Under the pieces are notes generated by a model. That model was given only the letters and a program-made list of their open reading frames with translations, did not search any database and was not told where the DNA came from. From Octopus sinensis (lineage: Eukaryota), in assembly GCF_006345805.1 (NCBI RefSeq), contig NC_043001.1, positions 77,252,001 through 77,316,000 of the forward strand: a stretch of 64,000 nucleotides of DNA, read 5' to 3'. This document shows positions 10,272 through 23,525 of this stretch, in pieces (the stretch's first letter is position 1; the number at the start of each line of letters is the position of its first letter). The position numbers and the translations under genes are program-made.

Positions 10272-10329
10272 AACAACAAACAAGATGGCAAATATCCTGT
10301 CAAATGTAAATAATGTAAATAATGTACAT

Positions 10330-10585
10330 CTTTTATCTTCTACTTGTCTCAATCATTGGACTGCGGCAATGCTGGGGCACCGCCTTGAAGGGGGTTTACT
10401 CAAATAACTCGACCCCAGAAGATATATATACATGACGGGCTTGTTTCGGTTTCCGTCTACTAATGCCCTCACAAGGCTTTGGTTTGACCGAGGCTATAGC
10501 AGAAGTCACTTACCCATAGTGCGATATAGTGGAATTTGAACTCGTAACCACGCGGTTGGGAAGCAAACTGTTCACCAAACAGACA
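10330..10585 (-). mobile_element. SINE family A, diverged and internally deleted
   Basis: Tail GACTGCGGCAATGCTGGGGCACCGCC and CACAAGGCTTTGG...GAGGCTATAG blocks. Confidence 0.7.
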
Positions 10586-10699
10586 CCACTACAACATAAT
10601 CTAGCGCCGTACTGTTATGTACTCGTATGTGTTCAGGTTGAAGAGTATCTAAACTTACTATACAGACATGTGTGCACAGAAACACATAACTATAATGAG

Positions 10700-10710
10700 C
10701 ACTAACGTAT

Positions 10711-10756
<46 letters not shown>

Positions 10757-11190
10757 AAGCATTCTGGCAATATATAAATATAGCAACTTATTTTAATGTA
10801 ATAGAATTACATACTCTTATGCAAACAAACACACACACACACACTCACACACACATATACATACATACATTCACGCACACATATACGCATACATACGTAC
10901 ATACATAAATATATACATACATATATACATAGGTATGTACATACATAGATATTTGTATATGCATGTTTATATATATGTATATAGATATGTTTCTAGGTAT
11001 ATATATATATATATATATATACACATACATACATACATAAATACATACATACATACATATATATTATGTGTGTGTGTTTATGTATATATATTAATATATA
11101 TGTATATATATATATGTATGTCTGTATGTATATATATATTGATATATATATATATATATGTATGTATATATGTATATATATATATCCATG
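10700..11190. repeat. Compound (CA)n/(TACA)n/(TA)n microsatellite
   Basis: Directly visible simple repeats. Confidence 0.95.
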
Positions 11191-11758
11191 AGTGTTTGTC
11201 TTGGCGTGACTAGCGTGTAACATGTTACAAGTCTTTGTATATTTTTAGTAGTAGTAGTAGTAGTAGCAGTAGTTGTTGTTGTTGGATTTGGCTTGCATGT
11301 TGCATGTGTGATTTTATGCAAAAGCAATATTTCAAAAAGATGGAAACATTTTACTTGAAATAAAAATAAAAAAATTTAAAATGTTCATAAAATTTCAAAA
11401 AAAAAAAAAATACACAGAATAAGGAGGAACAGGAGTAATCAATATCGAACAGAGAAAGAAAGAAAAAGAAGAAAATGAAGAGGAAGAGGGCGAAGGAGAA
11501 GAAGACAAAGAGGAAGAGCAACAACAACAACAGCAGGAACACCAACAGTGACAATAAAAGTCAATAGGAATGAAAATAAGTAAATGCATAAATATATAAT
11601 AAAAATGATTAAAAAAATTAGCAGTAACAATAAACACTAAAAAAAAAAGTTTGGTTATGTGATATAAATCATATGACATGGAAATATATAGTTTACAGAT
11701 ATCACTAGCAACAACAATAACAACATCAGCAACAGTAACAACAACAACAACAACAATA

Positions 11759-11793
<35 letters not shown>

Positions 11794-11812
11794 AATAATA
11801 ATAGTAGTAGTC

Positions 11813-11854
<42 letters not shown>

Positions 11855-11860
11855 ATAATA

Positions 11861-11904
<44 letters not shown>

Positions 11905-11905
<1 letters not shown>

Positions 11906-12244
11906 GTGGGGGAGCATCATAGCCATGTGTTGAGAGGGATTCTTTGGGGTTTGAATAATTCACCTCTGGAAACATGGGTGGTTCTTTCAACATCCTTAAA
12001 CAACCCTTATTCAGGGACCTTTTGAGCGGGATGGGCTACTCAACCTGAAGAAAATTCTAACTGGGCCCCACCTGCAAGGTCATGTGCTGTTTATCTTGAT
12101 ATGAGATCACCATGTCGCGCACATATGGTTGTGATGCATGTGCCTGGTGTACCCTTATCAGACGGGTAGTCATGATGGGTATACTGGGCTTCGTATATTT
12201 TACCCCAGTGTCACTTTGATGGCATGCACTGCTCTCTCACTCAA
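11905..12244 (+). mobile_element. Family E element (no tRNA head, AAT tail), 5'-truncated
   Basis: Reverse complement of 43868-44215; flanked on both sides by (AAT)n. Confidence 0.8.
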
Positions 12245-12246
12245 TA

Positions 12247-12295
<49 letters not shown>

Positions 12296-12297
<2 letters not shown>

Positions 12298-12445
12298 GTT
12301 TCAAATTTTGCCACAAGAGCAGCAATTTTTGGTGAGGGGATGAGTCGATTACATCGACCCCCAGTATGCAACTGTTACTTAATTTATTGACCCCGAAGGG
12401 ATGAAAGATAAAGTCGACCTCGACGGAATTTGACGGACGAAATAC
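12296..12445 (-). mobile_element. SINE family B, partial
   Basis: GTCGATTACATCGACCCCCAGT...AAAGTCGACCTCG block. Confidence 0.8.
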
Positions 12446-12589
12446 TGACAACAGTAACAACAACAACAACAATAATGATTTCATGGACGAAGAATGAGGA
12501 GGACAATACAAAGACAGACTTAAAGTGTTGGGGTTTACATATAATGAAATGATACACTGAAAAAGAAGGGATATATGCATAGCATACAA

Positions 12590-13370
12590 CGGTTAAAGAA
12601 AAAGTGACGGGGAAAATGATAGAGATGTGGCCCTCCTGATACCGGAAGGCCTCTAGGGATAATCGAGGAACTCCACTGTCTGAGATTTCCCTGAAACCCC
12701 AAGGGCAAGTGCCCTCTACAATTTCTTCTCTCCGATTCACAGGTCTACATTTAGTGAGGCACCATCCACTCTTGCCTTTTCGCAACTTTCGTCCGCCTTT
12801 CAATAAACTCACTTCAGGACAGCTCTTCCTTCTCCACTCTCAATTTTCTTTTGAAGTGAAACTTGAAAAAGTCAATGAGCGTTCTACCAAAGTGGAATGT
12901 ATCTGCCCTCATGTCTTTCAGCCTTGTCCTTCAAGCAACCTCTTTTGCCACAACCACCAGGCAAAGGAAAACTGCTTTGACTGCTCGATTGAAGGAGGGC
13001 AGCAGGGCGACCATCACTACAGACTCGAGCGACAAACGGATCCGTCCCACACGTAACAACAGCTGTTCGACATAACCCCACAAGTCAGCAATACCCGGAC
13101 ACTGAACGAGGACGTGCAGAATGATTTCGCCACTCTGCGCGCACTTCGGGCAAGCCTGTCTAACAGCACATTCGTGCCTGTAGAGTTTATCTTGAATCAG
13201 CAGCGACCTCCGGTAGCACTGCCAGGCCAAGGACTTCTGGAAATTATCCACAATAGTTCCCGACCGGAACGTCCTCCGGATCAGACTAACCAGAATCTCC
13301 CCGAGACTCCCCAAGAACGCGCCCAGAGTCTCCCCGAGAACGTCGTCGTATTTCCTCGCCCATAATCTAT
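12590..13370 (-). mobile_element. L1/Tx1-like LINE 3' fragment with the zinc-binding region that follows RT
   Basis: Minus frame ...SLAWQCYRRSL...CPKCAQSGEIILHVLVQCPGIADLWGYVEQLL fits the CxxC...HxxxxC...W motif at the C-terminus of L1-clade ORF2. The upstream part of the listed ORF is only microsatellite. Confidence 0.8.
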
Positions 13371-13428
13371 GTTTATATAAAATCCTTCGTATCTCTGTCT
13401 GTTCCCAATTCATTCTCATAATATGCCT

Positions 13429-13490
<62 letters not shown>

Positions 13491-13537
13491 GTGCATATAC
13501 GTCAGTTAGTATATGTGTATATACATACACACATACA

Positions 13538-14581
<1,044 letters not shown>

Positions 14582-14778
14582 TATGTATGTATGTATGTAT
14601 GTATGCATGTATGTATGTATGTATGTATGTATGTATGTATGTATGTATGGATGGATGGATGTATGGATGGATGGATGTATGTATATATATGTATGTATGT
14701 ATATATATGTACGTATATCTGTATATAAATATGTATGTATACATAAGTGTACATATAGATGTATATATATATATATTA

Positions 14779-14822
<44 letters not shown>

Positions 14823-14935
14823 GTATGTATATATGTATGTATACATGTGTGTATATATATCTATGTATGTAAATATATATGTATATATAGATGTGTATAT
14901 ATATACATATATATATATATTTATGTATATATATA

Positions 14936-14998
<63 letters not shown>
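14582..14998. repeat. (TATG)n/(TGGA)n/(TA)n microsatellite
   Basis: Directly visible. Confidence 0.95.
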
Positions 14999-15000
<2 letters not shown>

Positions 15001-15696
15001 CAGTGTACATTTATACACAAAGTGTACATTTATACACAAAGAGGCAAGCCTTAACAGGTACCTAACATACTAGAAAGAACTGTCAAAAAATTCAAACCAC
15101 AGTTAAGAGCAATTTGGAAGGGAATGAAAAATAAAAACACCATGTTTTACATAGAAGCAATGTTTTATATATAAGCCATGCTGTAGTGACATTGCGGTAA
15201 TGCAAAACCCATTAATGCTTATTTAGTTAACAAGTTAGAACTCTGATAGAAGTGTGAACAACACCAGCTTAACTTTCAATTCTATGATCACCACAACCAC
15301 CGCTTCTCTGATTAACTAAACCATGATAAGTTAATCTATCAGTTGAAACTGAAATCTTGCTGGTCATGCTATATTTACAAGATGGTTTCTTACTAAATGC
15401 TCTAAGGCAGATTGGTTGACTCCTTGTACATTACAACCCCACCTACCATATATATATATATAATATATATATATATATATGAGAAATATTTGTCATTTAC
15501 ACCTAGATTGGGTTGATTGAGCAAACTTATGATCTGCAATATTCCATGACCATCCAATTTCTTTTTTTTTCAAGTAGAGTGTACTCACACTGCATTATTT
15601 AATGTGTTCCCCAGGGAAATTTGGTTGATATTTCTAGCAGGTCAAGCAACCACAGCCATTTTTTTTATTAGATGTAAGATGCTCCTGTGAGTATAT

Positions 15697-16182
15697 CTCT
15701 TTTACTTGTTTCAGTCATTTGACTGTGGCCATGCTGGAGCATCGCCTTTAGTCGATCAAATCGACCCCGGAACTTATTCTTTGTAAGCCTAGTACTTATT
15801 CCATCGGTTTCTTTTGCCGAACCGCTAAGTTACGGGGACGTAAACACACCAGCATCGGTTGTCAAGCAATGTTGGGGGACAAACACAGACACACAAACAT
15901 ATACACATACATATATAAACATACATACATACATATATACGACGGGCTTCTTTCAGTTTCCGTCTACCAAATTCACTCACAAGGCTTTGGTCGGCTCGAG
16001 GCCATAGTAGAAGATATATCTTTCTACCATGCACAATTTACATAGCCTTATTCCATTGCGATAGGGTCCACGACGGGCTTCTTTCAGATTCCGTGTCTAT
16101 AGTAGAAGACACTTACCCAAGGTGGGACTGAACTCGGAACCATGTGGTTGGGATGCAAACTTCTTACCACACAGTCACGCCT
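15697..16182 (-). mobile_element. SINE family A with internal duplication
   Basis: Full tail and body; CGACGGGCTTCTTTCAG occurs twice (~15940, ~16072). Confidence 0.85.
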
Positions 16183-16389
16183 TTAAAAATAATATTGATT
16201 TATAACTTAGGTACACAATCATGTCGACTGCTGCGCTTGACCGGTAATCTATTTTTTTGAACCTACAAAGGTGAAGAGTAAACTTGACCTCGGCAAGATT
16301 AGAACTTGGAATGTAAAGTGTCGAAACCAATTACACCAAGGTTTATTTTCTTCTATGTTCCATTGATTCCGGCATATAGCGCCCTCATT

Positions 16390-16493
16390 ATAGCAATTAT
16401 GACGGTGAGGACGATGAAGATAATTACAACGACGATGACAACAACAATGATGATGGTTATGATGTTGATGACAATGATGATGATGAGGATGAT

Positions 16494-16528
<35 letters not shown>

Positions 16529-17050
16529 TGATGAGATGATGATGATGATGACGACGGCGACGACAGTGATCGTGTTGATGATAATGAGGATGAGTATGAT
16601 AACAATGATGGTTATGATGATAATGATGATGATGATGATGATGATGATGATAACGATGACGATGATGATGACGATGACGATGATGAGGATGATGATAAAG
16701 ATGCTGATGATTATGATGATATGATGATGATACGATAATGATGATGATGGTGATGTCGACGGCGACAATGGTGATGGCGATAATGATAATGATAATGATG
16801 ACAATAATGATGTTAATCCTGATTATGATGACGACGACGACGACGATGACGATGACGATTATAATGATGATGATGATGACGACGACGACTGGTAATGGTG
16901 ATAAAGATAATGATAATAATGATGATGATGATGACGATGCTGATGCTGATGATCCTGAATATGATGATGACGACGACGACCACGATGATGATGATGATGA
17001 TGAGGATGACGAATGACGACGATGATGATAATAATGATGATCATCATTAT
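16390..17050. repeat. Degenerate (GAT/GAC)n trinucleotide tract
   Basis: Directly visible; explains the poly-M/D/T ORFs. Confidence 0.95.
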
Positions 17051-17662
17051 CATATCAGAAAATGCGGCATGCATACAATAATTATAATTCGGCTTTTATC
17101 AAATTTCTTGATACCTACACAACATGATGTGATGAATACTAATTTTCAAAAACAGAAATGTTTATTGCCTTAAAATAAAATGAAAATGAAATAAATTTTA
17201 CATTTGTTTATTTGCATTTGTTATATGATACTGATTTCCTAAAGTTTATCATTATAATTACAATATACTCCCTCGCACTTTCATCCTATCGGGGTCGATA
17301 AATTAAGTACCAGTTGCGTCTAATCGTCTGGCCCCCTCCCCCACAATTTCGAGCCTATCTCGGCAAAGTTTCATTAAGGAATATGGAATTTTCAGAAAGT
17401 TACCACTGCCTGGCATCAAGCTCTCTCTATGTACTCATCCTGTTAACTCTCTCTGCCTGTCTCTCTTTCTCTGCACATTTCTTTTACTTTCTCTCTTCTT
17501 CTCTCCTCTAACCATCATTTACACCGGGTGTTGTATTGTATTGTACTGAATGTATGTATGTATGTATGTATGTATGTATGTATGTATGTATGTATGTATG
17601 TATGTATGTGTGTGTGTGTGTGTGTGTGCATATATGTATATGTACGTACATGTCTATGTATG

Positions 17663-17746
<84 letters not shown>

Positions 17747-17784
17747 ATGTGTGTACATATATGTATACGTATATATATTCATTA

Positions 17785-17935
17785 CTCTTTTGTTTCAGTT
17801 ATTTGACTGCGGCCATACTAGAGCACCGCCTTTAGTCGAATAAATCGACCCCAGGACTTATTCTTTGTAAACCTAGTACTTATTCTATCCGTCTCTTTTG
17901 CCGAACCGCTAAGTTACGGGGACGTAAACACACAC
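17785..17935 (-). mobile_element. SINE family A, tail half
   Basis: TGACTGCGGCCATACTAGAGCACCGCC...GTTACGGGGACGTAAAC. Confidence 0.85.
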
Positions 17936-18004
17936 ACACACACACATACATACATACATACATACATACATACATACATACATACATACATACATACATA
18001 CATA

Positions 18005-18875
18005 GACTCCATAGATATCAAAACCCGCAAAACTGGGAACTTCCACAGAAAGTGTGATGTTGACAGGCTCTACTTAAGAACAAAAGAAGGTGGTAGAAGC
18101 CTAAGATCAATGCAGGCGGCCTATGATGCCGTATGGTATCACTCAGGCAGCACCTGCTAAACAACAGCAACAAAAATAAGTATATAAATGCAGTGCTGAA
18201 AAGTGAAGTCAGCAACATTGTCCGAGTTAGCAGTGAGCTCCTCAAGTAGCACTCTCTTCCTGACGATCTCCTATACAATCCCCAAACAGCTGGGCTCTTT
18301 TACCTCAGAGAAGAGAAGGATGGAAATCACTCTCATACAAAAAAAGCAAAAAAAATACATGCATAGGTATGTTGCTCGGCAGCTTGAAAAAGACACGAAG
18401 CGCAGCCTCTCTTGGACACAAGACCACTATATCACATCACACTTTGAAGGCTATTTCTTTATTACCCTCATGGGGCTAAACATAGAGGGGACAAACAAGG
18501 GCAGACATAGGTATTAAGTCGATTATATCGACCCCAGTGCGTAACTGGTACTTAATTTATCGACCCCGAAAGGATGAAAGGCAAAGTCGACCTCGGCGGA
18601 ATTTGAACTCACAACGTAACGACAGACGAGATACCGCTAAGCATTTCGCCCGGCGCGCTAAGGTTTCTGCCACCACAAAGTACCTGGTGAACAAGAGAGA
18701 CAGTGACGCTCTTGTAATCCTAAGGTGCAACCACATGTGTCGGCTATGTCATGTTTCTGTGTAAGATATTATGCATGTGATTAGCAGCTGTGCTAAAATG
18801 TCGTCGCGGTACTACCTTCGTATGTGGCACGATGTTGTTGCTAAAACAATTTACAATGCCATCTGCATCGAAAAC
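18005..18875 (+). mobile_element. R4/Dong-like non-LTR retrotransposon fragment (post-RT region and CCHC knuckle), interrupted by SINE B
   Basis: DSIDIKTRK..NFHRKCDVDRLYLRTKEGGRSL; EGYF; CRLCHVSV*DIMHVISSCAKMSSRYYLRMWHDVVAKTIY. These motifs are typical of RLE-type R4/Dong ORFs. Confidence 0.82.
18456..18672 (-). mobile_element. SINE family B nested in the R4/Dong-like fragment
   Basis: Near-identical to 6105-6336, lacking the first ~12 nt of the head. Confidence 0.9.
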
Positions 18876-19384
18876 GAGGTCGGGTCGCACAATTTTGAGG
18901 TCTTTAGCTAAGGGAAGTAACTATGCCTGAACAATTTTTATGTCTTAGAGAATAATGAGAAAATGTTTAAAATATATATATAAACAATAATTTTTAAAGA
19001 AATCTGGACATCTTTCTTACTGCTAAGCATTCAACTTTAAATTACAATTGTTAATTGTTGGAAGTCAAGTAGATTGAGATGTACATATAGTGTTACTGTA
19101 TGGAGTGGAAGTTCAATACGAAATTTTGAACTCATTAACTTGTGGTTAGTAATTCATTACCTTAAATTTGAAGACGTTAAGTCTTTAAACATTATTCTAT
19201 TGGGTTTAGTCTTTCGTCTGTCACCATGATGGGGAAACACCTTCAAAAATTTAATTGATCACACTGACCTCAGTTCATATTGCAATCTGGCATTTATTTT
19301 ATAGATCTCTGCTTGATGAATTTTGAGACATAGTGGGATACAATACTCGATTTAACAACAAATATAAACACACACACACACATT

Positions 19385-19552
19385 AGGTGAGGTGCAAGAA
19401 TGACTTTGTGGCTGAGAAGTTTGCTTCCCAAACCACATGATTCGACGTTCAGTCTCTCTGCAAGGTACCTTGGGCAAGTGTTTTCTACTATAGCTCCACG
19501 CCAACCATAGATTTGTGACTGAATTTGGTAGACGGAAACTGCAGCGTTGTTC
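19385..19552 (+). mobile_element. SINE family A, head half
   Basis: CCAAACCACATG...TACCTTGGGCAAGTG...GGTAGACGGAAACTG. Confidence 0.75.
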
Positions 19553-20082
19553 ACCAGAAAATGACCGAAAAAACATGTTTATAAAGAAGAGTTTTTTGCT
19601 TCATACTCCTCTTATGCCGATTCTGCCCGTGAGAATGGAACAAATAATACAATGTGTGTGTAGGTCACAACACCCGGACAACGTCAGGGTGGATTGCTAG
19701 TATATATTTATAAGGCAATGAGAAAAAAAAAAAAAGAATTGAAAACATAAGAGAGAGAAGTTTTAACAAATGTACTAATTTAACTTTTAATCAAAAGGCA
19801 AAGAGTTATGACGTTTCGGACGTTTGTTCTTCGCTAGAAAAAAAATTAAAAGAATGAGATCAGATGGTAGGAAAACATAAAGAATGAAAAAAGCGATGGC
19901 CGCAAAGAAATAAAAAAAAAGGTGGGAATGCAATTCTATGAGGGAGGGCAGTTAGGAAGGGAGTAGAAGGCGGGGTGGTGTGTGCGATATATAACGACAG
20001 GTAAACACTCTTGCATTTTCATCACGACCCTCATTATCATTCACATGATAACGATAATGATGATCATGATCCTTTTCTTCTC

Positions 20083-20136
<54 letters not shown>

Positions 20137-20397
20137 CCTTTATCATCACCCTCCACATTGTTATTAGGTTCCAATACGTTCTTACTGCGACACGTATGTT
20201 CTTAGTGTTTCCGGTATATTGTATATTCAGGATTACAACACCTAGTGTATCTTGCTTCTTTCTAAAGGTGTGATTTGATGGAGATTCGGCAACTATTTCT
20301 AGCTAGTCGAACCTGTTCTCCTACTGAGACTTTCATAAAGACTTGTCATGCCGAGAACAATTGCTCACCAAATGTCCAGTAATATTTCATCTTCTGT

Positions 20398-20640
20398 TCT
20401 TTTATTCTTTTACTTGTTTCAGTCATTTGACTGCGGCCATGCTGGAGCACTGAGCTTAAAAGGGTTTTAGTCGAATAAATCGACCCCAGGACTTATTCTT
20501 TGTAAGCCTAGTACTTATTCTATCGGTATTTTTTTTTTACCGAACTGCTATGTTACGGGGACATAAACACACCAGCATCAGTTGTCAAGCGATGACGGAG
20601 GATCAAACACAGACACACCGACACACACACACATACACGC
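20398..20640 (-). mobile_element. SINE family A, tail half
   Basis: TTTACTTGTTTCAGTCATTTGACTGCGGCCATGCTGGAGCAC... Confidence 0.85.
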
Positions 20641-21024
20641 ACTTAAACATATACACACACATACATACATACATACATACATACATACATACATACATGT
20701 AGAATCTTTGGCGTCGAGCATTGTTCTTATACACTCCACGGCTGGGATTAAATCTGAGCTTTTAAATCTGAGTATCACTCCTATGATCGTCTTTCTATCT
20801 ACGTTCTTTTAACTCTCGTTAAGATATTGATCATGAGAAGATTTCCTCCTACTGTTTCTTTATCATTATCTCGTTATCTTTTTAGCGCCAAACGTTATAG
20901 TATTATCTAATCATCTATTCCCTTCCATCTGCTTATAATTATCATTTCAAGTGACTCTTATGTTTTCTTCTAAGTGATTCTCTTTGTTACTTTTGCTCTC
21001 TTTCTATTTCCGATTCACTGCTAT

Positions 21025-21163
<139 letters not shown>

Positions 21164-22509
21164 ATTAGACTATGTATGTTTTGTTTATCTTCAACTATTT
21201 CTTTTAATTCGCTGCTATTTTCTGCCCTATACTTATGTAAAACCTACAGCAGCAGCTATCTTACAATGCTTTTCTAATCGTACAAGTCTTCTTTCCTCCT
21301 TCTGTCCGTGGTAAATATAACCTGTCAAGGCCGGCTTTTGGCTGATGTATTTGAAAAGATATTCATTAATTTTCTTGTTTTCCTGTCTAGTCTCTTTATT
21401 TCGTTCATTTTTCAATATATTACATTAAAACTATATACTTTGTCGCTCTTACGGCTAATGTATTAATTCCTATTATTTCATACTTAGAATTTCCTCCTAC
21501 CTCTCTACCTCCTTTATCTCCTCCTCCTCCACGTCATCATCATCATCGTCAACCTTATCTTCTCTGTCTTCAATATTACTATTATTATGTTGTTTTCAGC
21601 AATTTCTTGCTAGTTTCTACAACACCAACATATACATATTCACGTATCTGTGGTGTGAGTACAACGTTTTGTATTTAATGATGTAAAATTATGTTTGTGC
21701 GCTACATCATATTCAGTTCTTTTGTGATGTTTGTTGTTGCTGTTGTTGTTGTTGCTGCTGCTGTTATTTTTGTCCTTTGTTGTGTAAAATGTTTCAGATC
21801 TATTATTTTGTTGGCTGTCGACAGAGTGGAGAATTTACACCAAGGATTGTGCTGCGTGTTTCACTGTCGGGTGGGGAACGGGTAGAGAATGAGAAATGTA
21901 GCAGTGTGTCGTATAATTGGGTGGCAATTTTGTGTGATTTCTTGGTGGTAAATGAGATGTGTTATAATAATTCTTTCTGATTTTGGCGCAAGTCCAGTAA
22001 TTTTAGCGGAAAGGGGCTAGTAATTTACGTCGACCCCAGTACATGGTTTCTGTCTTATTATATCGATCCTGAGAAGACGAAGACAAAGCCGACGGATGAG
22101 ATATAATAATACCGGGTAGTCATTATGGAAGAAATGTATTGTGTTTGTTTAATTGGGTGGTGATTGTGGGAATCTAGGTAAAAACGTCACAGGAAAAAAA
22201 GTCACGTAATAAAGTCACAGGGGATTTTGTCCGTGTGTGTGTATGGGGGGGATGTCCGAGGAGTTTTTGTCCTAGAGGGGTTTGTCCGGATCCCATAAAT
22301 TAATTGTGACATTTCTCCTGTGACTTTTTCCCTAGCCAAACTTGTGACTTTATTACTGGTCCTCTGTTGTGGGGACCATGTGTGGAGTGTGTGTAAAGTA
22401 TGTGCTGAGTATACGAGATGAGTATGTAGAGTGTATGTAAAGTATGCGAGATGTGTGAATTCTATGATTGAGTGATATCCTATGAAGTATTTGTAGACTG
22501 GTCAATACT

Positions 22510-23525
22510 GTGGAAGAGTCTATTATGTGGGTGAGCCTATTGTTTATGAGGGTGAGTCTGTTGTGTGCGTCACTCTACTATGTGGATCAGGCAACCGTGT
22601 CAGTCTACTATTGTGTGGATCAGTTAATTATGGGGACCAGTCTATTGTGTGAACCAGTTTATTGTGTGGACCAGTCTATTGTGTCAACTAGTCGATTATG
22701 TGGACCAATCTATTGCGTGGATCAGTCATTCGTGTGGGCAAGGCTATTGTGTGGACCAGCCGATTGTGCCGGTTAGTCTATTGTATGGACGAGTTTATAT
22801 GTGAATCAGTTTTTTTTTGTGTGGATCAGTTTATTATGTGGTATTGTCCAGTGAGTGGCACAGTCTATTGCGTGGACAAGACTATAGTGTGGGCCAATCT
22901 ATTGTGGGGGTAGTCCATTGTGTAGACAAATCTATTGTGTAGATCAGCCTAATGTGGTTTGGTCTATAATGTGACCAGGCCATTGTGAGAGTCAGTCTTT
23001 TGTTTGGACCAGTATATTGTGTAGGCTAGCGTATTGATTGGGTTAGTGAATTGTGTGGGTTAGTCTAATTTATAGACCGGTCCATGGTGTTGAAGAGTCT
23101 ATTGTGAGGATCAGTCTTTTGTGTGGACCAGTGTATTGAATGGGTTAGTCTAGCGTATGGTCCATACTGTATGAGTCAAGCTATTTTGTGGGTTAATTTA
23201 TTGCGTGGGTTAGTCTATTATGCGAACCACTTTATTTCGTAGGTTAGTCTGTTGGATGCACCAGTAACTAGCATAGCTGGGGAGGTGGGTAGGGGTTGTT
23301 AGCTCTGGCGGCACTTTTGGGTTTGCTGTAGGCAATATGTGTTTTTTGTGGAGTCTGGGAGCGGCAAATGGAAGGGCCGCTCCGGGTGGTACACACTCTA
23401 GCTACGCTAGTGCCTCCAGTCTATCATGTGGACCAATCTATTGTGTGGATTACTCTATTATATGAACCTGTTTCTTCTGTTGTCCAGGCTATTGTGGGGG
23501 TCAGTTTATTCTGTGGACTAGTTTA
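22510..23525. repeat. 17-bp minisatellite, consensus GTGGACCAGTCTATTGT, interrupted by a small inverted-repeat element
   Basis: Consecutive units at ~22632-22680: GGGGACCAGTCTATTGT, GTGAACCAGTTTATTGT, GTGGACCAGTCTATTGT; roughly 50 degenerate copies. Confidence 0.9.
23267..23411. mobile_element. MITE-like element with 14-bp terminal inverted repeats
   Basis: ACTAGCATAGCTGG (23267) versus CTAGCTACGCTAGT (23398-23411), 12/14 match; GC-richer than the flanks; no clear TSD. Confidence 0.55.

Larger units (their letters stand above)
9723..10329. mobile_element. Family F: tRNA-headed, hammerhead-tailed element as a head-to-head inverted pair
   Basis: 9723-10040 is the reverse complement of ~10070-10329; the right arm has an A box at 10050-10060 and a B box at 10093-10104, then (AAT)n, then a hammerhead. 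Confidence 0.85.

Noticed and set aside
16738-17173. Poly-M/D/T ORFs
   Set aside because: Products of the GAT/GAC trinucleotide tract.
22510-23525. CRISPR-like appearance and Cys-rich ORFs in the 17-bp array
   Set aside because: No unique spacers, units are degenerate, no cas genes, eukaryotic context; the period is not a multiple of 3.
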